Both the position numbers and the translations under genes were made by a program. Source: a virus (Duplodnaviria; Caudoviricetes). From it: a stretch of 50,965 nt of DNA. Positions 1 through 9,036 of this stretch are shown one piece after another; position 1 is the stretch's first letter; each line of letters begins with the position of its first letter. The notes under the pieces were generated by a model. The model was not told where the DNA came from, did no database searches, and worked only from the letters and a program-made list of their open reading frames with translations. Location: IMG/VR virus record IMGVR_UViG_3300027956_000012, positions 1-50,965 of that record; one strand, 5' to 3'.

Positions 1-258
1 CCCTTGTGTCTCGGGAAGTGTATCATTGATGGTATCACGCAATAAGCGATCAATGTCTGTAGGGGTGAGCTCAATCATAATGCAATTGAAATCATTTGGA
101 TATTTCTCATTAGCACCCGGGCGACCTTTCTCAATCCAGAGATCCTTCATGAATCCTTCAAGACGGTTATGCTTGCGCCAATAAGCGATCTCGACATAAT
201 CAGTCTCGTCTTTAGTCTCTCTTGTCTTGCCTGTGTATGCGTATTGATCTAATACCAT
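1..258 (-). CDS. Conserved phage hypothetical protein (YWRK motif), 3' end outside window
   Basis: Manual translation MVLDQYAY...IAYWRKHNRLEGFM; GGAAC-N5-TATAAT promoter directly upstream. Confidence 0.75.
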   Translation of the reverse strand, partial: MVLDQYAYTGKTRETKDETDYVEIAYWRKHNRLEGFMKDLWIEKGRPGANEKYPNDFNCIMIELTPTDIDRLLRDTINDTLPETQG

Positions 259-264
259 ACCATT

Positions 265-280
265 ATTATAATAATGTTCC
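265..280 (-). promoter_or_regulatory. GGAAC-N5-TATAAT promoter (representative of about 30 copies)
   Basis: Minus strand GGAAC ATTAT TATAAT, 6 nt before ATG. Confidence 0.8.
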
Positions 281-428
281 CTTTTTATCCTCTTTTTTTT
301 GTATATAGATGTAGCAAAATATCTACTCTACAACCGTTAATATAAACATTACATTATACATAACACGCCGTTATTATATAACTTCCGCTATTAGCGCAGT
401 TTAACTATTAGACACAAACTTATATTAT

Positions 429-689
429 TTACTCCATCCTACGTATTATATCACCACTTCTATTAGTTTCAAACATAAACACACCGTTTACATACCATGT
501 TTTATCACCTCTGACATGTTCAACAGCAGGACCATCAAGACGGTGAAGCCTATCATTAACATACCACGATTTATTACCACCTACCCATTCAATAGCAGGA
601 CCATCTGCTCGGTGTATAATAGTCATCCCAGGATCTTTGTAGTAAAACTTATCACCATAACTACCTGTTTTTGTAAACTGCTCACCCAT
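429..689 (-). CDS. HxxDGPA-repeat (MORN-variant-like) protein, array 1
   Basis: HRADGPA and HRLDGPA repeats; family N- and C-terminal motifs. Confidence 0.85.
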   Translation of the reverse strand: MGEQFTKTGSYGDKFYYKDPGMTIIHRADGPAIEWVGGNKSWYVNDRLHRLDGPAVEHVRGDKTWYVNGVFMFETNRSGDIIRRME

Positions 690-697
690 AATATTAT

Positions 698-961
698 TTA
701 ATTCATCCTACGTATTATATCACCATTGCTATTAGTTTCGAATATAAACACACCATCTATAAACCACCTTTTATCACCATCTCTTACATCAACAGCAGGA
801 CCATCTAAATGATGAATCCTACCATTTAACCACCACTCTTTATATTTAAAAGGTTCTTGATAAGCAGGTCCATCTTCACGGTGTAAAATGGTCATCTCAG
901 GGTCTTTGTAGTAATATTTACCCCCACCGCCCTTTCCTATTTTTGTAAACTGCTTAGCCAT
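698..961 (-). CDS. HxxDGPA-repeat protein, array 1
   Basis: HREDGPA, HHLDGPA. Confidence 0.85.
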   Translation of the reverse strand: MAKQFTKIGKGGGGKYYYKDPEMTILHREDGPAYQEPFKYKEWWLNGRIHHLDGPAVDVRDGDKRWFIDGVFIFETNSNGDIIRRMN

Positions 962-1336
962 ACTATTATTTACCTCATTCTCTTTACTATCTTACCTGTT
1001 TTGCTTGAGATCTCAAACATAAACACACCATTTATATACCACTTTTTAATACCATTAGGATATTCTATAGCAGGACCATCTAAATGATGAATCCTACCAT
1101 TTAACCACCACTCTTTATAATTAAAAGGTTCTTGATAAGCAGGTCCATCTTCACGGTGTAAAATGGTCATCTCAGGATCTTTGTAGTAATATTTACCCTC
1201 AAAGTGAGGGTTACCCCACCTCCCTTTTCCTATTTTTGTAAACTGCTTAGCCATACTATTATTTACCTCATTCTCTTTACTATCTTACCTGTTTTGCTTG
1301 AGATCTCAAACATAAACACACCATTTATATACCACT
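933..1336. repeat. 111-bp exact direct repeat (933-1043 = 1226-1336) spanning paralog junctions
   Basis: Direct comparison, offset 293 bp. Confidence 0.85.
970..1254 (-). CDS. HxxDGPA-repeat protein, array 1
   Basis: Core nearly identical to 698..961; C-terminus identical to 1263..1595. Confidence 0.85.
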   Translation of the reverse strand: MAKQFTKIGKGRWGNPHFEGKYYYKDPEMTILHREDGPAYQEPFNYKEWWLNGRIHHLDGPAIEYPNGIKKWYINGVFMFEISSKTGKIVKRMR

Positions 1337-1595
1337 CTGTATTACCATTTACTTGCAGAGCAGCAGGACCATCTAAGCGGTGAATCATATCATTCTGAAA
1401 CCAAATACTAGTACCATCAGAGCTTTTGTAAGCCGGGCCATCTGTGCGATGAAGCATACCATTTAAATACCATACTTCTCCATCTCCTTCATAATCCATA
1501 GCAGGACCATCTTCACGATGTAATATAGTCTTCTCAGGGTCTTTGTAGTAATACTTAGTACCGTGACGGTTTGTATTTATATACTGCTTAGCCAT
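1263..1595 (-). CDS. HxxDGPA-repeat protein (3 repeats), array 1
   Basis: Start moved to MAKQYIN to match paralogs. Confidence 0.85.
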   Translation of the reverse strand: MAKQYINTNRHGTKYYYKDPEKTILHREDGPAMDYEGDGEVWYLNGMLHRTDGPAYKSSDGTSIWFQNDMIHRLDGPAALQVNGNTEWYINGVFMFEISSKTGKIVKRMR

Positions 1596-1620
1596 ACTAT
1601 TATGTAGCTTACTAAATACA

Positions 1621-1926
1621 TTATTTACCAAACATTAGAAGGTCTCTTAAGTTTTTAATTTCCTTTTTAAGTGCTTCGTTCTCAATTGCGAATGCAGCAT
1701 TCGCTTCACGAAGGTTTGCAAGATCAGCTGGAAGACACACCATATCTTTATGCTCTACAAGACGATCTGCATATTCATGCGCTTCTTGTAATTGCTCTTC
1801 AAGTTCATAGATACGGTTTGACGCCTCGATGTATCGGCTGTGTCTTTGTGCAACATCAATAGGGCTATCATTATTCCATAGTTCTGGTGGCATATTTAAT
1901 ACACCGTGTAACATTACTTCACTCAT
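1621..1926 (-). CDS. Hypothetical coiled-coil protein
   Basis: ORF overlapping the upstream gene stop; heptad pattern. Confidence 0.7.
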   Translation of the reverse strand: MSEVMLHGVLNMPPELWNNDSPIDVAQRHSRYIEASNRIYELEEQLQEAHEYADRLVEHKDMVCLPADLANLREANAAFAIENEALKKEIKNLRDLLMFGK

Positions 1927-2200
1927 CGCTCCCTCCTTCCACGGCAGCGAGAGTCTTTTGTCCTAATTTAATTGCTTGGTGAAAAGTATCGTTTACGTCC
2001 ACTATTTCTTCGTTGCATGCATAGATAACCTCTAACATTTCTCGCAAGCAAACATCCAAAGCCTCCGCTAGCCTGTCCCGCTGCTCGGTGACTTCATCAC
2101 GCTCTTGAATTAGAGAGTTGATTCTAAACATAAGCAATGTAAGCGCTTCAGAGTCTGAGTCTTGTGCCATTAAATTTCCAAAATCTTGTTTATCGCTCAT
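1919..2200 (-). CDS. Hypothetical protein
   Basis: ORF with GGAAT-N5-TATAAT variant promoter. Confidence 0.7.
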   Translation of the reverse strand: MSDKQDFGNLMAQDSDSEALTLLMFRINSLIQERDEVTEQRDRLAEALDVCLREMLEVIYACNEEIVDVNDTFHQAIKLGQKTLAAVEGGSDE

Positions 2201-2238
2201 ACCTTATTATAATAGTATTCCGTTGAATATCTACTTCT

Positions 2239-2556
2239 CTACAATACAGACTTTAAAATATTCTTAAATATCTTACAGTCTGTGAAGTAATGGTCGAATG
2301 AATAGACATTACCACCATAAAATATGCAGCAAATCCCACACGAGCCTTTTTCAACATAAAAGATTTCATCTTTGTATTCGACCCTATACGATGTATTAAC
2401 ATCAGCCAAGAAGTCTTTTTTCCAATCAGAAGGCTCTCCTTTGTGTGTATAATAGTCTTTGAATTTATGCTTAACTGCTACCGCACTACCGTGCAGGATA
2501 CACTCATATAAAACTTTATCTTTCAGGTTATTCAGTTCGATAGCGAATTTCTTCAT
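2239..2556 (-). CDS. Hypothetical protein
   Basis: ORF with GGAAC-N5-TATAAT promoter at 2563-2578. Confidence 0.7.
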   Translation of the reverse strand: MKKFAIELNNLKDKVLYECILHGSAVAVKHKFKDYYTHKGEPSDWKKDFLADVNTSYRVEYKDEIFYVEKGSCGICCIFYGGNVYSFDHYFTDCKIFKNILKSVL

Positions 2557-2596
2557 ACTTTTATTATATTAGAGTTCCCTTTAAATAAAGAGAAAA

Positions 2597-2624
2597 TGAG
2601 CCTTTTAACGAGGTGCTCAGCTCG
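2597..2624 (-). promoter_or_regulatory. Compact H-type pseudoknot RNA element, copy 1
   Basis: CGAG-C-TGAGC-AC-CTCG-TTAAAAG-GCTCA: S1 CGAG/CTCG, S2 TGAGC/GCTCA. Confidence 0.55.
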
Positions 2625-2648
2625 ACCACAGTGCGCTAACACAAGAGC

Positions 2649-2861
2649 TTACTTTGAATGACGATCTAGCGTCCAGATAAGATGATTATAATCATTGCAC
2701 ATAGCTTCATCGAGAACGCTCTTAATCTCTTCAGCAGAGAGTCCAGCTTTTTTTGCGCATTTCCTCCAATGAGCCATGAGTGAGAAAGCGTTACCATCTA
2801 CTCCAACAAGTTCACAACCTACTGGTTCGCAGAGCAATGTATCTAATTTTGTATTTGTCAT
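2649..2861 (-). CDS. Conserved phage hypothetical protein (LVGxDGNAF motif)
   Basis: Motif familiar from small phage proteins; GGAAC promoter. Confidence 0.75.
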   Translation of the reverse strand: MTNTKLDTLLCEPVGCELVGVDGNAFSLMAHWRKCAKKAGLSAEEIKSVLDEAMCNDYNHLIWTLDRHSK

Positions 2862-2884
2862 ACTCTTATTATATTAGAGTTCCT

Positions 2885-3358
2885 TTAGGTCCACAGATAT
2901 CCTCTCAGCTTGACAATACGAATGAGATTGTCTGTATCTTTCTCTTCAAGAAGTTTTTCTAAACGATTTACCTCTCCGTAGAGTGCTTCATATTCACCTT
3001 TCTTTAAAGGTTTGGTAATATCATCTATAGGAGGATAACTGTTGTCTCGTTGCTGTTCCAATGCTGGTCGCCCAACAGTAATGTAGTGATAGATGTCTCT
3101 AATTTCTTTTCCAGAGGAAGCATAACGATCTGCATACGCTGCAGAAACAATACCGCTTTCTACTTCCTCACTCCAATCCCAGAGAACATTATCCATTTCT
3201 TCTTCGACAAAATGCTTAAGCATCACGAACAAGCATATCGGAACGAGCTCGGTTTTATCACACCAGCTGTTTGGAATCTTCTTTGTAAGCCATCGCTGTT
3301 GCGGACTAAAGAAATATCTAACGCTGTAATAAGCTTCTTTGAGTTTGAAAGGTATCAT
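2885..3358 (-). CDS. Hypothetical protein
   Basis: 157-aa ORF ending in RGYLWT. Confidence 0.75.
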   Translation of the reverse strand: MIPFKLKEAYYSVRYFFSPQQRWLTKKIPNSWCDKTELVPICLFVMLKHFVEEEMDNVLWDWSEEVESGIVSAAYADRYASSGKEIRDIYHYITVGRPALEQQRDNSYPPIDDITKPLKKGEYEALYGEVNRLEKLLEEKDTDNLIRIVKLRGYLWT

Positions 3359-3734
3359 ATATTATTCGTCTCCGATGACTCTATTTGCTGCAATGATGAC
3401 TACCATCAAACCGGTAAGATAAGAAGGACCAGATGCGATCAAGTTCATACCGATTGAGAGGAGTAATAAGATTTCAAGTGTTTGATTTGATTTTGACATA
3501 TGTTTATTAGAGTTCATTTTAATAATGATCCTAGATCTTCTAGAATTTGTGGTGTTTGTTTTGAAAATTCTTGCCCTTCAATATGATGTCTAAAGTCTTC
3601 TTCGTACCAATCAAGGAATGATTGAGTTGACAGCATGTTATAGATTTCTTTGAGCGTGAATACCTCTTGCATACATTTATTATATCATAGTTCCTATGTA
3701 TTGAAACTATTTGTTTCTAGATAGATATAATAAC

Positions 3735-3917
3735 TTAATAACACTCACTATCTGTCATTCCTTTTAAAGAGATTGACTTACGCTTCCGGTATGTCGGTGT
3801 TCGAAGGTAGATATTTACTTTGGGCGCTGGTTTGAAGATAACCGCTGAAATATCTAAATGCTTCAATGCTGACAATGATTGTAATTGCGTGTTACCTTTC
3901 GTTTGATTATTGATCAT
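3735..3917 (-). CDS. Hypothetical protein
   Basis: GGAAC-N5-TATAAT promoter just upstream of ATG. Confidence 0.55.
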   Translation of the reverse strand: MINNQTKGNTQLQSLSALKHLDISAVIFKPAPKVNIYLRTPTYRKRKSISLKGMTDSECY

Positions 3918-3943
3918 ACCTTATTATACGGTAGTTCCCTTTA

Positions 3944-4207
3944 CTACCTCATTCTACGTATTATGTTACCCTCCCTATCGGTCTCGAACATAAACACACC
4001 ATTTACATACCACATTTTATGTCTATCATTACCATATTCAAGAGCAGGACCATCAAGACGGTGATGTTTACCATTTACAAACCACTCTCTACTACCAGCT
4101 TTATATTCAATAGCAGGACCATCTGTTCGATGGAATATAGTCATCTCCGGGTCTTTGTAGTAAAACTTATTACCATACTTATCTGTTTCTATATATTGCT
4201 TTGCCAT
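3944..4207 (-). CDS. HxxDGPA-repeat protein, array 2
   Basis: HRTDGPA, HRLDGPA. Confidence 0.85.
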   Translation of the reverse strand: MAKQYIETDKYGNKFYYKDPEMTIFHRTDGPAIEYKAGSREWFVNGKHHRLDGPALEYGNDRHKMWYVNGVFMFETDREGNIIRRMR

Positions 4208-4215
4208 ACTATTAT

Positions 4216-4479
4216 TTACTCTAATATCCTACGTAATATATTACCACTTCTATCAGTTTCAAATACAACCACACCATTTATATACCATGTTTTATCACCT
4301 CTGACATGTTCAACAGCAGGACCATCTACACGATGAAGTACACCATTTACATACCACGCTTTATAACCATTAATAAATTCCGTAGCAGGTCCATCTGTTC
4401 GGTGTCTAATAGTCTTCTCTGGGTCTTTGTAGTAAAACTTATCACCATAACTATCTATCTCTATATACTGCTTAGCCAT
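4216..4479 (-). CDS. HxxDGPA-repeat protein, array 2
   Basis: Shares DGPAVEHVRGDKTWY with 429..689. Confidence 0.85.
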   Translation of the reverse strand: MAKQYIEIDSYGDKFYYKDPEKTIRHRTDGPATEFINGYKAWYVNGVLHRVDGPAVEHVRGDKTWYINGVVVFETDRSGNILRRILE

Positions 4480-4504
4480 TACATATATTTATAGAGATGC
4501 TTCT

Positions 4505-4831
4505 CTATTTAATAATCCTAAGTGCCTTAACATCCACACCAAACTTAGCAGCAATCTCATCCATAGTAAGAATAGTTTCGTTTACAACACCCTTATTAAA
4601 TTGCTCTTCGGTAAGGAGCTTACCGTTAATGTACCAAGCTCTACCACCATCATCCCCGTATTCTACTGCAGGTCCATCTGTACGATGCCTAATACCGTTT
4701 ACCCACCACGCTTTGTAGCCTGTAACATATTCTACAGCAGGACCATCTTCACGGTGTAGAGTAGTCATCCTCTCATCATTAAAGTAGAATTTCGTACCAA
4801 ACTTATTGATATAGATATATTGCGGAGTCAT
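4505..4831 (-). CDS. HxxDGPA-repeat protein with a distinct C-terminus
   Basis: Two repeats then LTEEQFN...LTMDEIAAKFGV; own GGAAC promoter. Confidence 0.85.
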   Translation of the reverse strand: MTPQYIYINKFGTKFYFNDERMTTLHREDGPAVEYVTGYKAWWVNGIRHRTDGPAVEYGDDGGRAWYINGKLLTEEQFNKGVVNETILTMDEIAAKFGVDVKALRIIK

Positions 4832-4862
4832 ATTACAATTATAACATTGTTCCTTTAATTTG

Positions 4863-5141
4863 CTACCTCATTCTATGTATTATCTTCATGTCAGTCTTTG
4901 ACGCAATATTTACTGATACCGTAAACATAAACACATCATTTACCCACCATTCATTAATACCCCACGCTCGTTCAACAGCAGGACCATCAAGACGGTGAGA
5001 CTTATTATTTACATACCACATTTTACCACCTTCATAATATTCAATAGCAGGACCATCTTTACGATGGAGTATAGTCATCTCCGGGTCTTTGTAATAGAAC
5101 TTACTACCATGTCTGTCTATTTTAGTATACTCTTTAGCCAT
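4863..5141 (-). CDS. HxxDGPA-repeat protein, array 2
   Basis: HRKDGPA, HRLDGPA. Confidence 0.85.
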   Translation of the reverse strand: MAKEYTKIDRHGSKFYYKDPEMTILHRKDGPAIEYYEGGKMWYVNNKSHRLDGPAVERAWGINEWWVNDVFMFTVSVNIASKTDMKIIHRMR

Positions 5142-5145
5142 ATTA

Positions 5146-5406
5146 TTATTCCATTCTATCTATTAATTGTCCATTCTCTCCTGTATTAAAAATAAAGACA
5201 CCATTTACAAACCACTCTTTATAACCAAAAGCATATTCAAAAGCAGGTCCATCTAAGCGATGTCGTCTACCATTTAACCACCACTGATTACTACCTTCAT
5301 AATGTTCGATAGCAGGACCATCTCTACGGTGGAGTATAGTCTTTGCAGGGTCTTTGAAGTAAGACTTACTACCTAATCTGTCTACTTTAGTATATTCTTT
5401 AGCCAT
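5146..5406 (-). CDS. HxxDGPA-repeat protein, array 2
   Basis: HRRDGPA, HRLDGPA. Confidence 0.85.
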   Translation of the reverse strand: MAKEYTKVDRLGSKSYFKDPAKTILHRRDGPAIEHYEGSNQWWLNGRRHRLDGPAFEYAFGYKEWFVNGVFIFNTGENGQLIDRME

Positions 5407-5410
5407 ATTA

Positions 5411-5806
5411 TTATTCCATTCTATCTTTCAAAGAATCGCTACCGTTGAGCTCAAAAATAAAGACATTATCTACGTACCACCTTCTATGCCCGTTAGGCCA
5501 ATCAACAGCCGGACCATTAAGACGGTGAAAATTACCATTTACAACCCACACTTTTTTTCCATTAGGTAGTATAATGGCTGGACCATCAGTGCGATGAATG
5601 ATATCATTTACATACCACTCTTTACGACCACTAACATAAACACCTGCAGGACCATCCTCACGATGCCTCTTACCATCTATATACCATTCTTTACTTCCGT
5701 CATCCCATTCAACAGCAGGTCCATCCTCACGATGAAGTATTTTCATCTCCGAGTCTTTATAGTAAGACGTTCTACCGTATTCTGATTTTATGTACTGCTC
5801 AGCCAT
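5411..5806 (-). CDS. HxxDGPA-repeat protein (4 repeats), array 2
   Basis: Four ~22-aa repeats; AATAAATA 5 nt upstream of ATG. Confidence 0.85.
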   Translation of the reverse strand: MAEQYIKSEYGRTSYYKDSEMKILHREDGPAVEWDDGSKEWYIDGKRHREDGPAGVYVSGRKEWYVNDIIHRTDGPAIILPNGKKVWVVNGNFHRLNGPAVDWPNGHRRWYVDNVFIFELNGSDSLKDRME

Positions 5807-5834
5807 ACAGTTATTTATTCGTTAAAAGTTAAAC

Positions 5835-6083
5835 CTACATAGAGTCTTCAAGAGTAAAATCTACACCCTCTACAAGCCCAGCAGCTTGAACTTGAAACAC
5901 AGCACCTTCAAGTTGTTTATCTGTAAAGAAGAGAAGCGTGAGGGCATCCTTATGATTGTCAAACTTAAAGTTATTACCATTAAGACAGGTATAACCTGTA
6001 TCAAAAGCAGACTTTGTTTTAAACTTCATTGCGAGAACTAGCAGCGACGATGTACAATTGTATTCCATATTATTATATTCCAT
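5835..6083 (-). CDS. Hypothetical protein
   Basis: ORF with GGAAC promoter. Confidence 0.65.
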   Translation of the reverse strand: MEYNNMEYNCTSSLLVLAMKFKTKSAFDTGYTCLNGNNFKFDNHKDALTLLFFTDKQLEGAVFQVQAAGLVEGVDFTLEDSM

Positions 6084-6106
6084 ATTATTATTATATCTTA
6101 GTTCCT

Positions 6107-6400
6107 TTACATATCTAACTCCCTACGAGTTTCAAAGTCGTGTGGATCAACATCAATTTGCTTGAGACGCTCTTCATATGCTGCCTCAGTGGCATCACTT
6201 GGATCACACATATGCCAATAACCGAAAAATTCATCTTCTTGGCCTTGTGTTCGTTGGCGTGCTTTCTTATCAAACAAGGTACGATTACCTTCACAATAAC
6301 TGCAACTACCATGGTTACGGCAACTACAATCAAATGCCTTTGAACCGCGATACGGTTTGCGATGTTCTTTGCCGTGGTGTACTGCCTTATCTAAGCTCAT
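6107..6400 (-). CDS. Conserved phage protein, possible Zn-binding (CxCxxHxxCxxC)
   Basis: KAFDCSCRNHGSCSYCEGNR; GGAAC-N5-TACAAT promoter. Confidence 0.75.
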   Translation of the reverse strand: MSLDKAVHHGKEHRKPYRGSKAFDCSCRNHGSCSYCEGNRTLFDKKARQRTQGQEDEFFGYWHMCDPSDATEAAYEERLKQIDVDPHDFETRRELDM

Positions 6401-6422
6401 ACATTATTGTATAACTGTTCCA

Positions 6423-6605
6423 TTAAAACTTGTTGCGTAGACTAAACCCTGCTCTGCAGCCTCTTTGCCACGACCAGAAGCTTTCATACGACTCATTACC
6501 ATTCAATACGCGTGATTGCCACCCTTCTTGGGTCACTCTTGTATACGATAGTAATGACTTAATACCAACCATAAACCCTTGTAGCCATTTTATAACGTTA
6601 TTCAT
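6423..6605 (-). CDS. Hypothetical late protein
   Basis: TATAAATA at 6611-6618. Confidence 0.6.
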   Translation of the reverse strand: MNNVIKWLQGFMVGIKSLLSYTRVTQEGWQSRVLNGNESYESFWSWQRGCRAGFSLRNKF

Positions 6606-6616
6606 ACAGGTATTTA

Positions 6617-6658
6617 TAAAAAGAAATAGCCCTGCTGCGTGTAATGCGCAGCAGGGCT
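6617..6658 (-). terminator. Intrinsic terminator
   Basis: 12-bp GC-rich stem AGCCCTGCTGCG/CGCAGCAGGGCT followed by a U-rich tract on the minus strand. Confidence 0.8.
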
Positions 6659-6673
6659 TATATTACGGTTATA

Positions 6674-6895
6674 TTATAGTACGGTAATACCAGACTCAGT
6701 AATTGCTTTTACAAGCGAACGACTATTAACTTTAACCCAATCACTGTTGTGACCATCGTTAACTTCCATTAGCGACTGACCGCCGAGAACAATGAATTCA
6801 CCACGGCTATTACGGCGCATGGTAACATTGAACGTCTTAGGACGGACACTTTTGTTGCTAAGGTATTGGCTCCAGGTTTCATTGCTCTTCTTCAT
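6674..6895 (-). CDS. Hypothetical protein
   Basis: ORF between a GGAAC promoter (~6948-6963) and the terminator. Confidence 0.7.
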   Translation of the reverse strand: MKKSNETWSQYLSNKSVRPKTFNVTMRRNSRGEFIVLGGQSLMEVNDGHNSDWVKVNSRSLVKAITESGITVL

Positions 6896-6977
6896 ATTTT
6901 TATTTTCTTTGTTTTGTTTGTTTGTTGGCGTTACCGCCTTCTATACCATTATAGAACTGTTCCTTTAATTTTCAAGG

Positions 6978-7196
6978 TTATTTTTTAATTACTTTTAAAC
7001 CAGCACCGGCCATAGAGTAGTTTACTGCAAGGCTATCAAGTTTCTGCATCGAGCAATTTGCTGCCTGACGGAGAGTTAACACTTTCTTTTCTTTCTTTGC
7101 GTGTGACACATTTACAAGCTCTGTGAAGGCTGATAGCTTACCCTCAATAGTTGTCTCAGCCCAAACCTTCTCAACGTAGACGTTTAGATTTACCAT
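6978..7196 (-). CDS. Hypothetical protein
   Basis: ORF with GGAAC promoter. Confidence 0.7.
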   Translation of the reverse strand: MVNLNVYVEKVWAETTIEGKLSAFTELVNVSHAKKEKKVLTLRQAANCSMQKLDSLAVNYSMAGAGLKVIKK

Positions 7197-7396
7197 ATCT
7201 TTATTATATCAGAGTTCCGTATCGCTGAATCCTGCTTTAATATTATCACAAAGATCTTTAATACGACGCTCAAGATAATCGCAAAGACTTTCCGCTTCTT
7301 CTTTTGTATCAGAGAAACAATCAACTTCGTTCTCTGCATTACGTACAATTTCGTCAACAAGACTGATATAGTTTTTATGTCCCATATCTAATTATA

Positions 7397-7774
7397 TTAG
7401 AGTTCCTTTACTTTTTTATTACGTCTTTTATAATTTTTCCAGAATTGTAACAACCATGTCTCTACTACATCAAGAGGTATAAGCGAGTGTTTTTCCTTAA
7501 ACAAATATACACCTGTACTCGAGGGATCTCTCATCGATCTAAGTAGAAAGCAATTAAAGAATGGATGCGCCTCGTGAAACGCTACGGTAAATACCTGGTA
7601 TCCGTCTTCTGACCTTTCTACATACCATTGAAAATCCTTTTCCATTATCCAAGGAAAGTAAGGATCGGTTAAATCTTCTTCGGTTTGTATAGCAGAACCA
7701 GTTGCAACTAGATCTCTATACCTGTAATAAGCATCTTCTTCTCCAAGATCAAATTCTATACAACTAAAACGCAT
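7397..7774 (-). CDS. Hypothetical late protein, ExHPFFN family
   Basis: TATAAATA at 7780-7787; motif EAHPFFN. Confidence 0.7.
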   Translation of the reverse strand: MRFSCIEFDLGEEDAYYRYRDLVATGSAIQTEEDLTDPYFPWIMEKDFQWYVERSEDGYQVFTVAFHEAHPFFNCFLLRSMRDPSSTGVYLFKEKHSLIPLDVVETWLLQFWKNYKRRNKKVKEL

Positions 7775-7787
7775 ATAGTTATTTATA

Positions 7788-7988
7788 CTATTCTTCTACT
7801 GCGCCTTTCTTTTTAATCTTATTTACAATATCTTTTTGCTTAATAACAAGATCGGCTAAGTCTCTTTTATCATCTTCTTTTGACTTACCGAGAACATCTC
7901 CGTAGTTCCTAAAATTCATTAATAGTTTAATGCGCTTCTTAATTGATAGTAGTTCTAGTTGTAGTGAAGCTTTACTCTTGTTAATCAT
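7788..7988 (-). CDS. Hypothetical basic protein
   Basis: ORF with TATAAT just upstream. Confidence 0.6.
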   Translation of the reverse strand: MINKSKASLQLELLSIKKRIKLLMNFRNYGDVLGKSKEDDKRDLADLVIKQKDIVNKIKKKGAVEE

Positions 7989-8025
7989 ACTTCATTATAT
8001 ACTACAAGCGGTAAATAACAAGGTA

Positions 8026-8382
8026 TTATTTAGTTTGTCTTTCATTATAAGACCTTGACGCGTCGAGAAAAGACAGTTTAACATTATGTGCAATATCTTC
8101 TAGTAACTTCGATATCTTTAAGCTATTAGCAACTCTATACGTAACACAAGAGCTATAAAGAACAGCGGCATTAAAGAACGGATGTTCTTCAGTTAGATAG
8201 AAAAACCCGTAGTTGTCTTTATAGACGGTATTGGTTAATTTTGTTAAACTATCTTTTCCAACTTTTGTCGGTTGGTTCTTACCGACTGTTTTATATAACA
8301 TCTCATTATAGATAGAAAAATTATCTCTACTAAAGGTGAAATATACTTTACCGTTATCTAACTCCCCCACCGTTACTCTCAT
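8026..8382 (-). CDS. Hypothetical late protein, ExHPFFN family
   Basis: ATAAATA upstream; motif EEHPFFN. Confidence 0.7.
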   Translation of the reverse strand: MRVTVGELDNGKVYFTFSRDNFSIYNEMLYKTVGKNQPTKVGKDSLTKLTNTVYKDNYGFFYLTEEHPFFNAAVLYSSCVTYRVANSLKISKLLEDIAHNVKLSFLDASRSYNERQTK

Positions 8383-8421
8383 ATGATATATTTATCCAGT
8401 GATAGAATATAATTACAAGAC

Positions 8422-8652
8422 TTATTTACGGCAATGATTATTATATCTAGGTTGATAATATCTATAGCAATAACGCTGAGGTGCGTAGTAAGATCTAACA
8501 TATACAGGTCGATATGTCGTAATGATAGGTGGAGCGTAGTATCTATAAACAGGCTGCACACAGGGCTCCGAATATGTAACAGGATACGGATCCACAATCA
8601 TACAAGAGCAGAATGATAGACACAATAGAGATACAGCGATTAGTTTTTTCAT
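8422..8652 (-). CDS. Putative lipoprotein, Tyr/Pro/Arg-rich
   Basis: MKKLIAVSLLCLSFCSC lipobox-like signal; ATGA-type overlap with the upstream gene. Confidence 0.6.
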   Translation of the reverse strand: MKKLIAVSLLCLSFCSCMIVDPYPVTYSEPCVQPVYRYYAPPIITTYRPVYVRSYYAPQRYCYRYYQPRYNNHCRK

Positions 8653-8855
8653 GTTAAAAAATCTTGTTCGGGGCAGCAATTCGGGTTAGACCATCCATAC
8701 CTCGGTGTTGCTTCAACGATTTGAGCGTACTCGATATATTTATTAGGTTCTATCTCTTTCTCAAGATACTTTTTAGCCTGCGCATAAGTTTCGAACCCAC
8801 GATAGTCAACTGAGCCGTTAGAGTAATCAATTAAAATAATATAGTTTTCGTTCAT
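8649..8855 (-). CDS. Hypothetical protein
   Basis: ORF with GGAAC-N5-TACAAT promoter. Confidence 0.65.
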   Translation of the reverse strand: MNENYIILIDYSNGSVDYRGFETYAQAKKYLEKEIEPNKYIEYAQIVEATPRYGWSNPNCCPEQDFLT

Positions 8856-9036
8856 ACCTTAATTGTAGTGATGTTCCTTATCGTCGTTTTTAGTTTGTCT
8901 ACTATTCAAAACATCAACATCGTGTTGTAGCAATTTAATCTCTTCGCGTAAAAGGTTAACCACTTCATACAGATGAGTAATTTCTGCTTCAAGACAAGAT
9001 TCAATTTGAGTCATACATTTATTATAACGTCGTTCT

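Noticed and set aside
429-5806. Diversity-generating retroelement acting on the paralog arrays
   Set aside because: No reverse transcriptase in the window and no template/variable pair differing only at adenines; differences include indels and block swaps
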